Shown here in pieces: positions 1-9,057 of a stretch of 61,036 nucleotides of DNA (positions are counted from its first letter, which is position 1; each line of letters begins with the position of its first letter). The notes beneath the pieces are model-generated. The model did no database searches. It was given only the letters and a program-made list of their open reading frames with translations, and was not told the origin of the DNA. The position numbers and the translations under genes were made by a program. This DNA is from an uncultured Lachnospiraceae bacterium. GTDB taxonomy: Bacteria; Bacillota; Clostridia; Lachnospirales; Lachnospiraceae. Location: the NCBI GenBank assembly GCA_965645705.1, contig CBFFWQ010000011.1:64001-125036 (forward strand), in the 5' to 3' direction.

Positions 1-3000
1 AGTTTCAATTTATTAATTTTAACTTCCAAATCCATCTTTTCCTTAATTAATGGATTACCAACAGCTAAAGCTTTAATTTCTGCATACGTCAAAGTAGTTT
101 CATCAACATCATCATAGCGGCGAGAAAGTTCACGATTGGTCATAATCTGGCTAATAAACCTCTGCTTTGCTTCAATGATTTGCCAGTTATAACTATCGAA
201 AGTACCTTTTGTTAAATACCTAAAGATGAATACTTTATCACACTCATTACCTCTACGAAGAATACGACCTTCCCTTTGATCTATATCCGAAGGTCTCCAA
301 GGCACATCGAGATGATGGAGAGCCACTAAACGCTTCTGAACATTCATGCCAGCACCCATCTTCTGCGTAGAACCCATCAAAACACGAACCTTACCTGACC
401 TTACATTCTTAAACAATAAAGACTTCTCCTGATCAGTATTAAACTCATGTATAAAAGCAATCTCTTCTGCTGGAATACCTCTGTCTAGCAAAGCATCACG
501 CATAGCGTCATACACATTAAATACCATAGAACGAATGCCACGACTACCAGACTTCGGAACTGAAATATCACAAAAAATCAATTGCGTATACTTCTGCTCC
601 ATAGTAGATCTCCAAATACGATATACCTTATCTGCACAAATAGCAATCTTACAATTTTTATCTTCCCTTGCATCTGGATTAATGATACGAGGGTCTAAAG
701 CTAAAGCTCTACCCTCTGTTGTAATCTTCAACATATTATCTGTCGCTGGATCAATGCCACCACTTCTAATCAATTCAGCACGTTCTACTAATCCATCAAT
801 CATCAGTTTCTGTTGGTCGCTCGCATCTAAAGTAACGTTCTCATACTGACACTCAGGCAAATGCATATCTACATCTTCCAGCAACTCAATATCTGCAACT
901 TCCTTAAAAATACGAATAAGTTCTGGAATATTATAAAATCTGGAAAATCTATTTCGCACCATGTACTTATTACCTTCTGGTGCTAATTCGATTGCTACCG
1001 TTGTTTCACCAAAGGTGGATGCCCAGTCATCAAAATTCAAAAGCCTCAAGGACTCTAAAGTAGAATACTGAAGATACTTCATATTTGAATACATTTCCAC
1101 CATTGAATTGCTAATCGGAGTACCTGTTGCAAATACAATACCATGCTCACCAGTTAAACGATCCATAAAACGACACTTATCATACAAATTCTTTGACTTC
1201 ACAGAAGCACTTGTAGAAACACCTGCAACTCTTCCCATCTTGGTTTTCAATTCCAAATTCTTATAGTAATGACTCTCATCTATAAACAACTTGTCAATAC
1301 CCAACTGCTCAAAAAAGAGCTTTTTAACTGAACCGTTACTTTCATCTGGAGTTGCTAAAAGTTCTTGAAGTTCTTTCTTTAAATCGTCTGTCTGTTGTTC
1401 CAATTTGTCTGATTCATAAACATCGTGAGCATAATCTACTAAATAATTAATAATTTCATTATTTCTCTTAATCTGTTCCCTCAAACACTTAACTTGATAA
1501 TCACTAGACATCACTATTTTCTCGAATTGACTATGTCCGATAATAATAGCATCATAAGAACCACAAATAATCTGCGTACAAAACGCTTGTAATTGCTTTG
1601 CAGTAAAATCTTCTTTTGCAGATACCAAAATATTGGCAGCAGGATAAAGACGAATAAAATCATTACGCCACTGGTCAATCAAATGGTTTGGCACTACAAT
1701 CAAGGACTTTGTACACAAACCAAGCCTTTTTGATTCCATGGCAGCGGCAACCATCTCAAATGTCTTTCCAGCACCTACTTTCTGGGCTAACAATACATTA
1801 TTACCATACAGAATATGTGCAACTGCATTTCTTTGATGTTTCTCTAAAGTAATATTACTGGACATTCCAGGAAACCTTAAATAAGAACCATCATACTGAC
1901 AAGGAATAATAGAATTAAATAACTCATTATAAAGTTGACATAATTCTGTACACCTACCATGATCAGAGAAAATCCATTTAACAAATTCCTCCTTAATTGC
2001 ATCTTGTTTCTGAGCAGCAAGTGCTGTAGCTTCTTTATCTATTACATACTTATCATTCAAATTATCTTTTTTACGGATAGTAATCGCACGCAAATTCAGT
2101 GTAGACTCCAGAATCTGATAAGCATTCGCATCTGGAATACCGTAAGTAACTGTAGTAAATGTATTTCCAACATCCTCACGTTTACCATTAATAAACCATT
2201 CGCTTGTAGACTTTGAGAAATTCGTTTTAATTCTTTGCTGTTCACCTTCTGGTGGATTAATTAAATACTCTGGCGTTCTAAATACTTCTAGCATAAACTG
2301 ATCAATATATTTAGGATCAATCCATGTTGCACCAAGCCTTATATCTATCTCATGAGCACCTAAAGTTTTCGGTATACAAGCCTCAAGACGTTCTACATTA
2401 ATACTAAAACGTTCATCTTTTTCCATAGCCTTTTTAGCTTTTTCTAATTTTTCTCTCACATTTCCACTCAGATACTTATTTGATTGTTCCCAAACTAAAG
2501 TAACTGGATTGAGGAAAATTTTACCATGAAGCTGTTCTATCAACTGAGATACTTCTATACCTGAAAACATACTCATAAATTCAAGATCAACACCCGCCGT
2601 CTCTGACAAAGACAAAGCTAAAGCTTCCTCCGCTGTTGTCACCTCATTGTAACTAAAGCTATTTAACTTTGTAACTTCAAAGAAATCGGACTTACCAACA
2701 TACTCGCCATCATCATTAAACTTCTCTAAAGCACAAAGACGATAATAACTTGCGTCTTTACTAAATGCCTTTCGAGTTATTTCACTGTTGATATAAGCAC
2801 CATACTCTATATAATAATCATAATTATTAATCAATTCATTTTTGAGAGTCAATAAAGTTTCTTGATCTGCTTCCATCTGTACTGCATAAAGCAATTGATT
2901 TAAAGCATCTCGCACTGGTATAATATTAAATGCAGTTCCTTTTAAAGACAAATCCATACAAGACATATACATACGAGAATTATATCTGTAATACAAATCT

Positions 3001-4256
3001 ATCACACCAGTCTCATCAGTAAATCTTGTGTATGAAAAATTTGGAACATAAAAGAATGCTGGCATCCTATCTAATGCTGCAAAATAATTTATATCATCCG
3101 TATACGGCTCCTCGTACTTAAATTGTATGGAACTAAAGGCTTTATCTAAAGCACTTTCCAAATCTTCACCATCGTATCCACAAAAAACTTCTCCGCTTTC
3201 TTCATCCTTTTGCAACTTGCCGATAACTTGCTCAGGATTACTTTGAAAATACGAATTAATTAAAATACCTTCAAAATCACTTTGCATAAGAGCTTCTGTA
3301 AAATCTTCTATAAAAGCAGAAATCTTAGTCCAAAGTTCTTTACGTATATGAACTCCCAAATCTTTCTGTAAAAATATTAAATCGGAAGTATAATTTGGTC
3401 CAAGATTATCAGCAAACGTATAATCAGGCATTCTAATAGCACCCAATAGTACTGCTCTCTGATTAAGATACTCTAATACCTTACTCGCTTTCGTATCCAT
3501 TACATACGATGGAATAACTAAAGCGAGAATACCTCCTGGGCAAAGCAAATCTAAAGACCTGATAAGGAAATATTCTGGAAGTCTTGATTGCTTTACTCTG
3601 TAGCTAGGGTCAAAAATAAGTTCATCATTAAAAGGAGTTTGCCCTATTACTAAGTCAAAGAAATTATCAGGGTAATAAATATCCTTAAACTCTCCATAAC
3701 TCATCTGAATATTTGTCGTTACACGCATACAAATCTTGTATGCGATCGGATCACACTCTGCTCCATAAAACACACTGTTGCCAAATTCTTTTGGAACATT
3801 GCTAAAAGCTCCTCCAATGCCAACACAAGGATCCAATATATTACCACCATGAAATCCACATTCTACCAATTTCTTGTAAATTAAATCAAATAATTTCACT
3901 GGTGTTCTAAATGAATTGGATACGTGAGCCTTAATTATTTCATACTCTTCTGGATACAAATACTCCTGTAATTGCTTACGGTATTCTTCCCAGTCGGTGT
4001 TATCTTCATCAAAGATTTCCTCTAAACCGCTCCATCCTTCATAAGTCCGTAGGAATGCTCGCTCTTTTTGTAAAGGATCTCGCCCTTCCGTTTCGAGACA
4101 CCGTAGCAGATAAATAATCTGCAAATTATTAGTGTACTTATCAATTTTCATCTGTATCACATCTACTTGCTCAACAGATTGTTCCGCTTCTTCGCTGACT
4201 TCTTGCGTGTCGCTTAAGAAAGCATTCACTTTTTTAGCTTCTAAAATTTCATTCAA
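1..4256 (-). CDS. Partial giant DNA methyltransferase + SF2/SNF2-like helicase fusion; the N-terminal ~1419 aa lie in the window and the C-terminus runs off the window start
   Basis: The minus strand is open from ~4256 to position 1 and no stop-bounded minus ORF is listed here. Translation from 4256 gives LNEILEAKK...DPCVGIGGAF (SAM-binding motif of N6-adenine MTases) and ...GQTPFNDE. Helicase motif I LLAQKVGAGKTFEMVAAA lies near 1740-1800. Helicase motif VI VRVLMGSTQKMGAGMNVQ...LHHLDVPWRPSDIDQREGRILRRG lies near 240-390. The start is TTG at 4256 after AGGTAGGTG, or a downstream ATG. Confidence 0.7.
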   Translation of the reverse strand, partial: MNEILEAKKVNAFLSDTQEVSEEAEQSVEQVDVIQMKIDKYTNNLQIIYLLRCLETEGRDPLQKERAFLRTYEGWSGLEEIFDEDNTDWEEYRKQLQEYLYPEEYEIIKAHVSNSFRTPVKLFDLIYKKLVECGFHGGNILDPCVGIGGAFSNVPKEFGNSVFYGAECDPIAYKICMRVTTNIQMSYGEFKDIYYPDNFFDLVIGQTPFNDELIFDPSYRVKQSRLPEYFLIRSLDLLCPGGILALVIPSYVMDTKASKVLEYLNQRAVLLGAIRMPDYTFADNLGPNYTSDLIFLQKDLGVHIRKELWTKISAFIEDFTEALMQSDFEGILINSYFQSNPEQVIGKLQKDEESGEVFCGYDGEDLESALDKAFSSIQFKYEEPYTDDINYFAALDRMPAFFYVPNFSYTRFTDETGVIDLYYRYNSRMYMSCMDLSLKGTAFNIIPVRDALNQLLYAVQMEADQETLLTLKNELINNYDYYIEYGAYINSEITRKAFSKDASYYRLCALEKFNDDGEYVGKSDFFEVTKLNSFSYNEVTTAEEALALSLSETAGVDLEFMSMFSGIEVSQLIEQLHGKIFLNPVTLVWEQSNKYLSGNVREKLEKAKKAMEKDERFSINVERLEACIPKTLGAHEIDIRLGATWIDPKYIDQFMLEVFRTPEYLINPPEGEQQRIKTNFSKSTSEWFINGKREDVGNTFTTVTYGIPDANAYQILESTLNLRAITIRKKDNLNDKYVIDKEATALAAQKQDAIKEEFVKWIFSDHGRCTELCQLYNELFNSIIPCQYDGSYLRFPGMSSNITLEKHQRNAVAHILYGNNVLLAQKVGAGKTFEMVAAAMESKRLGLCTKSLIVVPNHLIDQWRNDFIRLYPAANILVSAKEDFTAKQLQAFCTQIICGSYDAIIIGHSQFEKIVMSSDYQVKCLREQIKRNNEIINYLVDYAHDVYESDKLEQQTDDLKKELQELLATPDESNGSVKKLFFEQLGIDKLFIDESHYYKNLELKTKMGRVAGVSTSASVKSKNLYDKCRFMDRLTGEHGIVFATGTPISNSMVEMYSNMKYLQYSTLESLRLLNFDDWASTFGETTVAIELAPEGNKYMVRNRFSRFYNIPELIRIFKEVADIELLEDVDMHLPECQYENVTLDASDQQKLMIDGLVERAELIRSGGIDPATDNMLKITTEGRALALDPRIINPDAREDKNCKIAICADKVYRIWRSTMEQKYTQLIFCDISVPKSGSRGIRSMVFNVYDAMRDALLDRGIPAEEIAFIHEFNTDQEKSLLFKNVRSGKVRVLMGSTQKMGAGMNVQKRLVALHHLDVPWRPSDIDQREGRILRRGNECDKVFIFRYLTKGTFDSYNWQIIEAKQRFISQIMTNRELSRRYDDVDETTLTYAEIKALAVGNPLIKEKMDLEVKINKLK

Positions 4257-4554
4257 AATACGCACCTACCTTTCAAAAACAAGGAACTATCAGGATTATA
4301 AACTAAGACACTAAACTACTTCATAAGATGTCACATAAATCACGTACCATAAAGGTGGTATTGCTGTAACAGTTTAGAATCACTAAGCTGACACTACGCA
4401 AAATAGACCTATCCGAGAATCATGATACTTTATTAGTAATTGTTGCAAGCCTTAAATCTACACAACAAAAACTAAACTCTATGACAGAATCCTTGCTTCT
4501 ATATAATGAACTGCAAAAAGCAAAATTCCCTGACAAGTCTAATGCTAATAACAC

Positions 4555-4601
4555 CCATAAAAGCAAAAGGGCATTACCTACAATTAAGTAGATAATGCCC
4601 A
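4555..4601 (-). terminator. Putative rho-independent terminator downstream of the 4641..5072 gene
   Basis: On the minus strand GGGCATTA-loop-TAATGCCC (8-bp stem) is followed by TTTTGCTTTT. It sits inside the small hydrophobic ORF 4420..4602, which argues that ORF is spurious. Confidence 0.4.
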
Positions 4602-4640
4602 ATAAAACGCACCAAATAAATCAGAAATTACACAAAATTC

Positions 4641-5072
4641 CTACATACTAATAGGTGCTTGTTTCTTTTGTCCACCTTGAATTTCTTGTGAATAAGCAGC
4701 CTGCTCTGCATCCTCCAATACTTCTCCTGCACTGTTATCCTGTGCCTCTACAACACGATCCTCTCTAGCAGGAACTGCACCTTCCTCTAACACACTCACT
4801 CTGGATAAAGCTGAGTAAGAATCATACACTTTGCACAATTCAGTCAGATAATCTAAATACTTCGTAATCTTATCAAACTCACCCTGAATTATATCTAGAG
4901 AATCAGTCATCATAGAAGAAAACTTATCATGTTCTGGTCCAGACCAAAAACCTGCTAAACCTGCAGTCATTTTTTCAATAGTTGCCTTTGTGTCAACCAT
5001 CTGACTAAAATGCTCAATCAAACCCTCTTTTGACTTATTCAATTCCGCCTCATCAACTCTTACATCTACCAT
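4641..5072 (-). CDS. Small helical protein, WXG100 (EsxA/YukE)-like candidate
   Basis: 143 aa with a W-S-G motif (LAGFWSGPEHDKF) at about residue 43, predicted helix-turn-helix, and an acidic Q-rich C-terminus. Confidence 0.45.
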   Translation of the reverse strand: MVDVRVDEAELNKSKEGLIEHFSQMVDTKATIEKMTAGLAGFWSGPEHDKFSSMMTDSLDIIQGEFDKITKYLDYLTELCKVYDSYSALSRVSVLEEGAVPAREDRVVEAQDNSAGEVLEDAEQAAYSQEIQGGQKKQAPISM

Positions 5073-5270
5073 TTTTCTTTTCCACCTTTCTTAAATTTTC
5101 TAATTTTCTACTGCTATTCCAATAAAAATTGAAGTCTGCAAATCCTGAACTAAAGGACTTATGCAACACAATGCTCAATTTCTGGAACAATACTACTACA
5201 AAATTATTCAGTACACCACTATCACAATGCACTAAATAATCTTGTGGGTATACTATAAGAAATAAAAATT

Positions 5271-5819
5271 TTAAGTTTTTGAGCCTTCCGTTTGCTCACT
5301 GTTTTTATCTGTATTTCTTGCACGCACGACACTTATCTGCTTTTTTTGCTCATCATAAGATAAGCGATACATACGGTGCGGTACAAGTCTCATTTTGCTA
5401 TCTTGCTTCAGATGTGTATTGAACAATGCATAAGCTGCGTGCGATTTCTTATTTCTTATACACCATAATTTAATTTGCTCTGTACTGTACAGTCCACCAC
5501 CAAATACATTAAAATTCTCTGGCACTTTGTATTCAGTCAACAGATAATCTTTTTTCGTATCTAAAGGAGTGCTATGACTACGCACTACTCCATCCGAAAA
5601 CTGTACTGTTACCTGCTCTAAATAAACAACTGTATTAGTCTGCTCATCTTGCAAGAATTTTTTAGTCACATACGAGGCATTCTGCACCCTATAGGTTTTC
5701 TCCCAATACGAGTCCCAATAAACTGCCCCTACCACATACTGCGTGTTAGAATCTAAAGGCTTAGCAATAAAATCGTTCTCCTTTAGAAAACTATCCAACG
5801 CATTTGAATAAATTACCAT
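5271..5819 (-). CDS. Hypothetical protein
   Basis: 182-aa ORF, co-directional, tightly packed. Confidence 0.5.
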   Translation of the reverse strand: MVIYSNALDSFLKENDFIAKPLDSNTQYVVGAVYWDSYWEKTYRVQNASYVTKKFLQDEQTNTVVYLEQVTVQFSDGVVRSHSTPLDTKKDYLLTEYKVPENFNVFGGGLYSTEQIKLWCIRNKKSHAAYALFNTHLKQDSKMRLVPHRMYRLSYDEQKKQISVVRARNTDKNSEQTEGSKT

Positions 5820-5858
5820 ACTTACCTACCACTTCTGTCCTACAAACGAGGACTGTAT

Positions 5859-6563
5859 TTAATCAATAAAACAATCTACAGTAACTGCCTGATCAATTGG
5901 ATCTGACACACTAACTACTGGAATAAAACGATACAAACGACCATTCCATTCTTCTATACAAAAAGTATCAAGATTCACTACCTTAGAACCTTTATCTATA
6001 CTGTAACCATACCAAACTGTAATTCTGAGATCTACAAAAAACTTATTCGATAACATAATCAATGAACTGACAAGCTGCTCCAACTCCTGAAAAATAAAAC
6101 GCTTACTTCCTTTATGCAAAGAATCTTCAATCCATGCAAGTAACTGGTCATTCATACCAGCTAAACTTTCATAGCCTGCAGTAATCTTTCCAGTTTCCCT
6201 AAAAACCCGAAAAGCTTCCACTGCTTTTACATCACACTTCGAAAAGGAAATAAACAGTGTCATTGGGAAATCTAAAGGACTACTAAGATTAATAAAGTCT
6301 ACTGACTTTACAACGCACCTTTTTCCAGAATCTAAAGCCACCAAGATGCTATCCAGAGCTAAAGCAATAACAACACCTTTTGATAACTCACTCAAACAAA
6401 ATACTGTATCGTAGATACGCACTTCAGGGTACACTCTGAAATTGCTGATAGTTCTACCAAAATCAGAATTACTAATATGCTCAAGCAACTCCATTACACG
6501 CAATTCATCACATACCTCTTGGTTCACTCTACCATCTTGTAAATAAGAAGCATAGTATTTCAC
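5859..6563 (-). CDS. Hypothetical protein
   Basis: 234-aa ORF. Confidence 0.5.
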   Translation of the reverse strand: MKYYASYLQDGRVNQEVCDELRVMELLEHISNSDFGRTISNFRVYPEVRIYDTVFCLSELSKGVVIALALDSILVALDSGKRCVVKSVDFINLSSPLDFPMTLFISFSKCDVKAVEAFRVFRETGKITAGYESLAGMNDQLLAWIEDSLHKGSKRFIFQELEQLVSSLIMLSNKFFVDLRITVWYGYSIDKGSKVVNLDTFCIEEWNGRLYRFIPVVSVSDPIDQAVTVDCFID

Positions 6564-6587
6564 TGTAAACCTGCCTTTCTACACTAA

Positions 6588-6935
6588 TTACTCATTAATA
6601 AAATCGGCATCTCCGTCTTCTGTAAACCAAGTTTCATCAGTTTGGTCTATCTCAAGTGTTTTTTCCTCAGCTGGCTCTAATTCCTCTGTATCTGGTGAGA
6701 TGACAAGATCCTCATCACCTTCACCAGAAGACTCACTTTTCTCAATCTGCTCCTCTGTTTTTGATTCAGTATTCTTCTCACCAGAACCACCATTACAAGC
6801 TGTTAAGCTAAGAACTAAAGCTGCCACTGACAATAAAATAAATTTTCTCAATAAATACACCTCCTCTACACAAAATAAAGACTGCCTGCTCTTGCAATAC
6901 AATACTGCAAAGACGTTGGCACAACTAAATACCAA
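6588..6935 (-). CDS. Small lipoprotein with an acidic tail
   Basis: Signal peptide plus lipobox LSLTAC, followed by a D/E-rich C-terminal half. Confidence 0.5.
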   Translation of the reverse strand: MVFSCANVFAVLYCKSRQSLFCVEEVYLLRKFILLSVAALVLSLTACNGGSGEKNTESKTEEQIEKSESSGEGDEDLVISPDTEELEPAEEKTLEIDQTDETWFTEDGDADFINE

Positions 6936-6951
6936 CGCCTACAAATAAAGA

Positions 6952-8076
6952 TTAATTAAAAGCTATTTTCAAAGAAGCAGAACCGCTATCAGATTCACGT
7001 ACAATTTTTACAAAGTACAAGCCTTCTGGCAAATACTCCGTAGAAATACCATTAGCAATTCTAGTTACTGTAGGTTTCGCATTAACTGGTTTGCTATTTG
7101 GAGGGAACACAACATACCCAAATGACCTAAAGTCCTTGTCCATAAAATAAACTGTAATAGTACTATCAGTGTTACCATCTATAGAAATAACTTTAGGCTC
7201 ACTATCTCTATTATGGAACTTAAACCACTTAGTACTAGAATCCTTGCTAGAACAGAAAAAGGCTGCTCTGCGGTAACCACCTACTTTGACTCCAACTGCA
7301 TTTTTATAAGACTTTTTTGCTTTATTCACAATACTTTTTGTACTGTACTTAATACGTATTACATCCTGACTCACACCAGTAAGACGAAAATAATAAGAAC
7401 CTTTCAGTAAATTAACTTTCTGGAACTCACTAATACTTCCCTGCTTAAGCAAATCTAAAGAACCGTCCTCTTCAATACTATACAGCAAACACTGTTCCTT
7501 TACACTCAGACCCCATGTCTGATTTCTCGCTTTAAAGGAAACCCGTTTGTTTTTCTTTAAATTAATTCGCAAAATAATTTCCCAGTCGCTATTCGATGTA
7601 CAATAAAACGTCTTAGATTCCCCATTCAACTCTACATTAGAGGGTAGTATGTAAGCTGCCCAAGAAACTGAACTATCAGAAAGGCTACTAATTCCTACCA
7701 AATAATCTTCTGCTATCAGATTAAAGGTGTACAATTGATACACACCATAATCTTCAAAAAACGGGCTTTTCTCCTCTTCGTTCTTAACACTTTTAATAGT
7801 GACAGTAGTATCAGCATCTGCACCCTGTAAATAAAAGAATACAGTACCTGTATTCTTAACTCGCACATTAATAATGGATTCTGTACTACTTTCCAAATCT
7901 AAAGGCTCATACTCTAACTCATCATAAGCAACAGATTCAGTATCAATACGAGCTTCAATTGTATGTACTGTATTGTCTTCCGCTGAAACGATAGCAGGAC
8001 AAAGTAACAATGTAATTAAAACAGCAAATACACAAAATAAATTCTTCACTATGATCACCTGCCTTAAATAATACAA
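6952..8076 (-). CDS. Secreted protein
   Basis: 374 aa with an N-terminal signal peptide (VFAVLITLLLCPAIVSAED). Confidence 0.55.
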   Translation of the reverse strand: MYYLRQVIIVKNLFCVFAVLITLLLCPAIVSAEDNTVHTIEARIDTESVAYDELEYEPLDLESSTESIINVRVKNTGTVFFYLQGADADTTVTIKSVKNEEEKSPFFEDYGVYQLYTFNLIAEDYLVGISSLSDSSVSWAAYILPSNVELNGESKTFYCTSNSDWEIILRINLKKNKRVSFKARNQTWGLSVKEQCLLYSIEEDGSLDLLKQGSISEFQKVNLLKGSYYFRLTGVSQDVIRIKYSTKSIVNKAKKSYKNAVGVKVGGYRRAAFFCSSKDSSTKWFKFHNRDSEPKVISIDGNTDSTITVYFMDKDFRSFGYVVFPPNSKPVNAKPTVTRIANGISTEYLPEGLYFVKIVRESDSGSASLKIAFN

Positions 8077-8519
8077 GGTATTAAACGTACACCATTATTC
8101 ACATAACAGTGAAATCTGTGCCAACCATCTTCGATAATACAATTAAAGTCAGGGTCTAGGAAAATAGGTAAAATTTCCTCATAATCTTTTAATTCATGTG
8201 TACTCTTGTACTCCTCATGGTACTCTGCAAACGTACTGTATTTACCGACCTTCGCAGACTGTAGTATACAATCTTCAAGCACTTCTACTGGTACATTCAA
8301 TACTACAAAGAACTCATTTGGATTATAATGCTTAGTTTCAAAGTTCTTGTAATAAAACTTAATTGCCTTTACATAAACTATTGGTAAATTCTGTGCCATA
8401 AACTTACCAATAGAATACTTTTCAATTAAGTTTAAAATAATAGAATCCATTTCCCCGCTCCTTCCGATGATTGCATAATCCCACAATAAATTAATAATTC
8501 TCTGCATGATACTCTGCAA
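8064..8519 (-). CDS. Hypothetical protein
   Basis: 151-aa ORF overlapping its neighbours by a few codons, an operon-like arrangement. Confidence 0.45.
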   Translation of the reverse strand: MQSIMQRIINLLWDYAIIGRSGEMDSIILNLIEKYSIGKFMAQNLPIVYVKAIKFYYKNFETKHYNPNEFFVVLNVPVEVLEDCILQSAKVGKYSTFAEYHEEYKSTHELKDYEEILPIFLDPDFNCIIEDGWHRFHCYVNNGVRLIPCII

Positions 8520-9030
8520 GACTATAATTAGTTACATAATTTTTCTTGGTTAGAGTCGTTTTGTCGTAATAAATTTCAATTACTGCTGGAGGACGATTAC
8601 TTAAAGGAAGAAGTTCACCTTCTACAAATACCCAGTCTTCAATAGTAGCAAAAGTGATTCCATTCTGCACGGTAGTTTTTACAGTGCCATGCAATAACAA
8701 ATACCCTGTTGTATTTTCTACAGAAAACTTACATTTATAAAATCTGGTGTAATCATGATCAAATAATGATTTCAAGCAATCTCTATAAGATACTGATTTC
8801 TTCTCCTTTACTTTTATACGCAAAGTATCGTAATAATCTTCCCATTCCGTTGAGCGTACATAACCATCAAAAAACTCTTTCAGAAACCTTGAATCAAAAT
8901 CATTCTTCTGATTAACATAAATAGTTTTAAGTTCTTCAGAAGCCTGAACTAAAGGATCAGACTTAGCCCCCTTTAGCACCATTACAGCACTGAGTATCGA
9001 ATAAACAACAAATCCTACTTCAAATGCCAT
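8491..9030 (-). CDS. Hypothetical membrane-anchored protein
   Basis: 179 aa with an N-terminal hydrophobic helix. Its start lies 28 bp from the left IR of the IS. Confidence 0.5.
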   Translation of the reverse strand: MAFEVGFVVYSILSAVMVLKGAKSDPLVQASEELKTIYVNQKNDFDSRFLKEFFDGYVRSTEWEDYYDTLRIKVKEKKSVSYRDCLKSLFDHDYTRFYKCKFSVENTTGYLLLHGTVKTTVQNGITFATIEDWVFVEGELLPLSNRPPAVIEIYYDKTTLTKKNYVTNYSLAEYHAENY

Positions 9031-9057
9031 AATAATGGAGATGATACGAAAATACGG

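Noticed and set aside
4420-4602. 60-aa hydrophobic ORF between the WXG100-like gene and the giant gene.
   Set aside because: It overlaps a clear hairpin plus T-run terminator (4555-4601) and lacks a convincing RBS, so it is more likely a 3' UTR.
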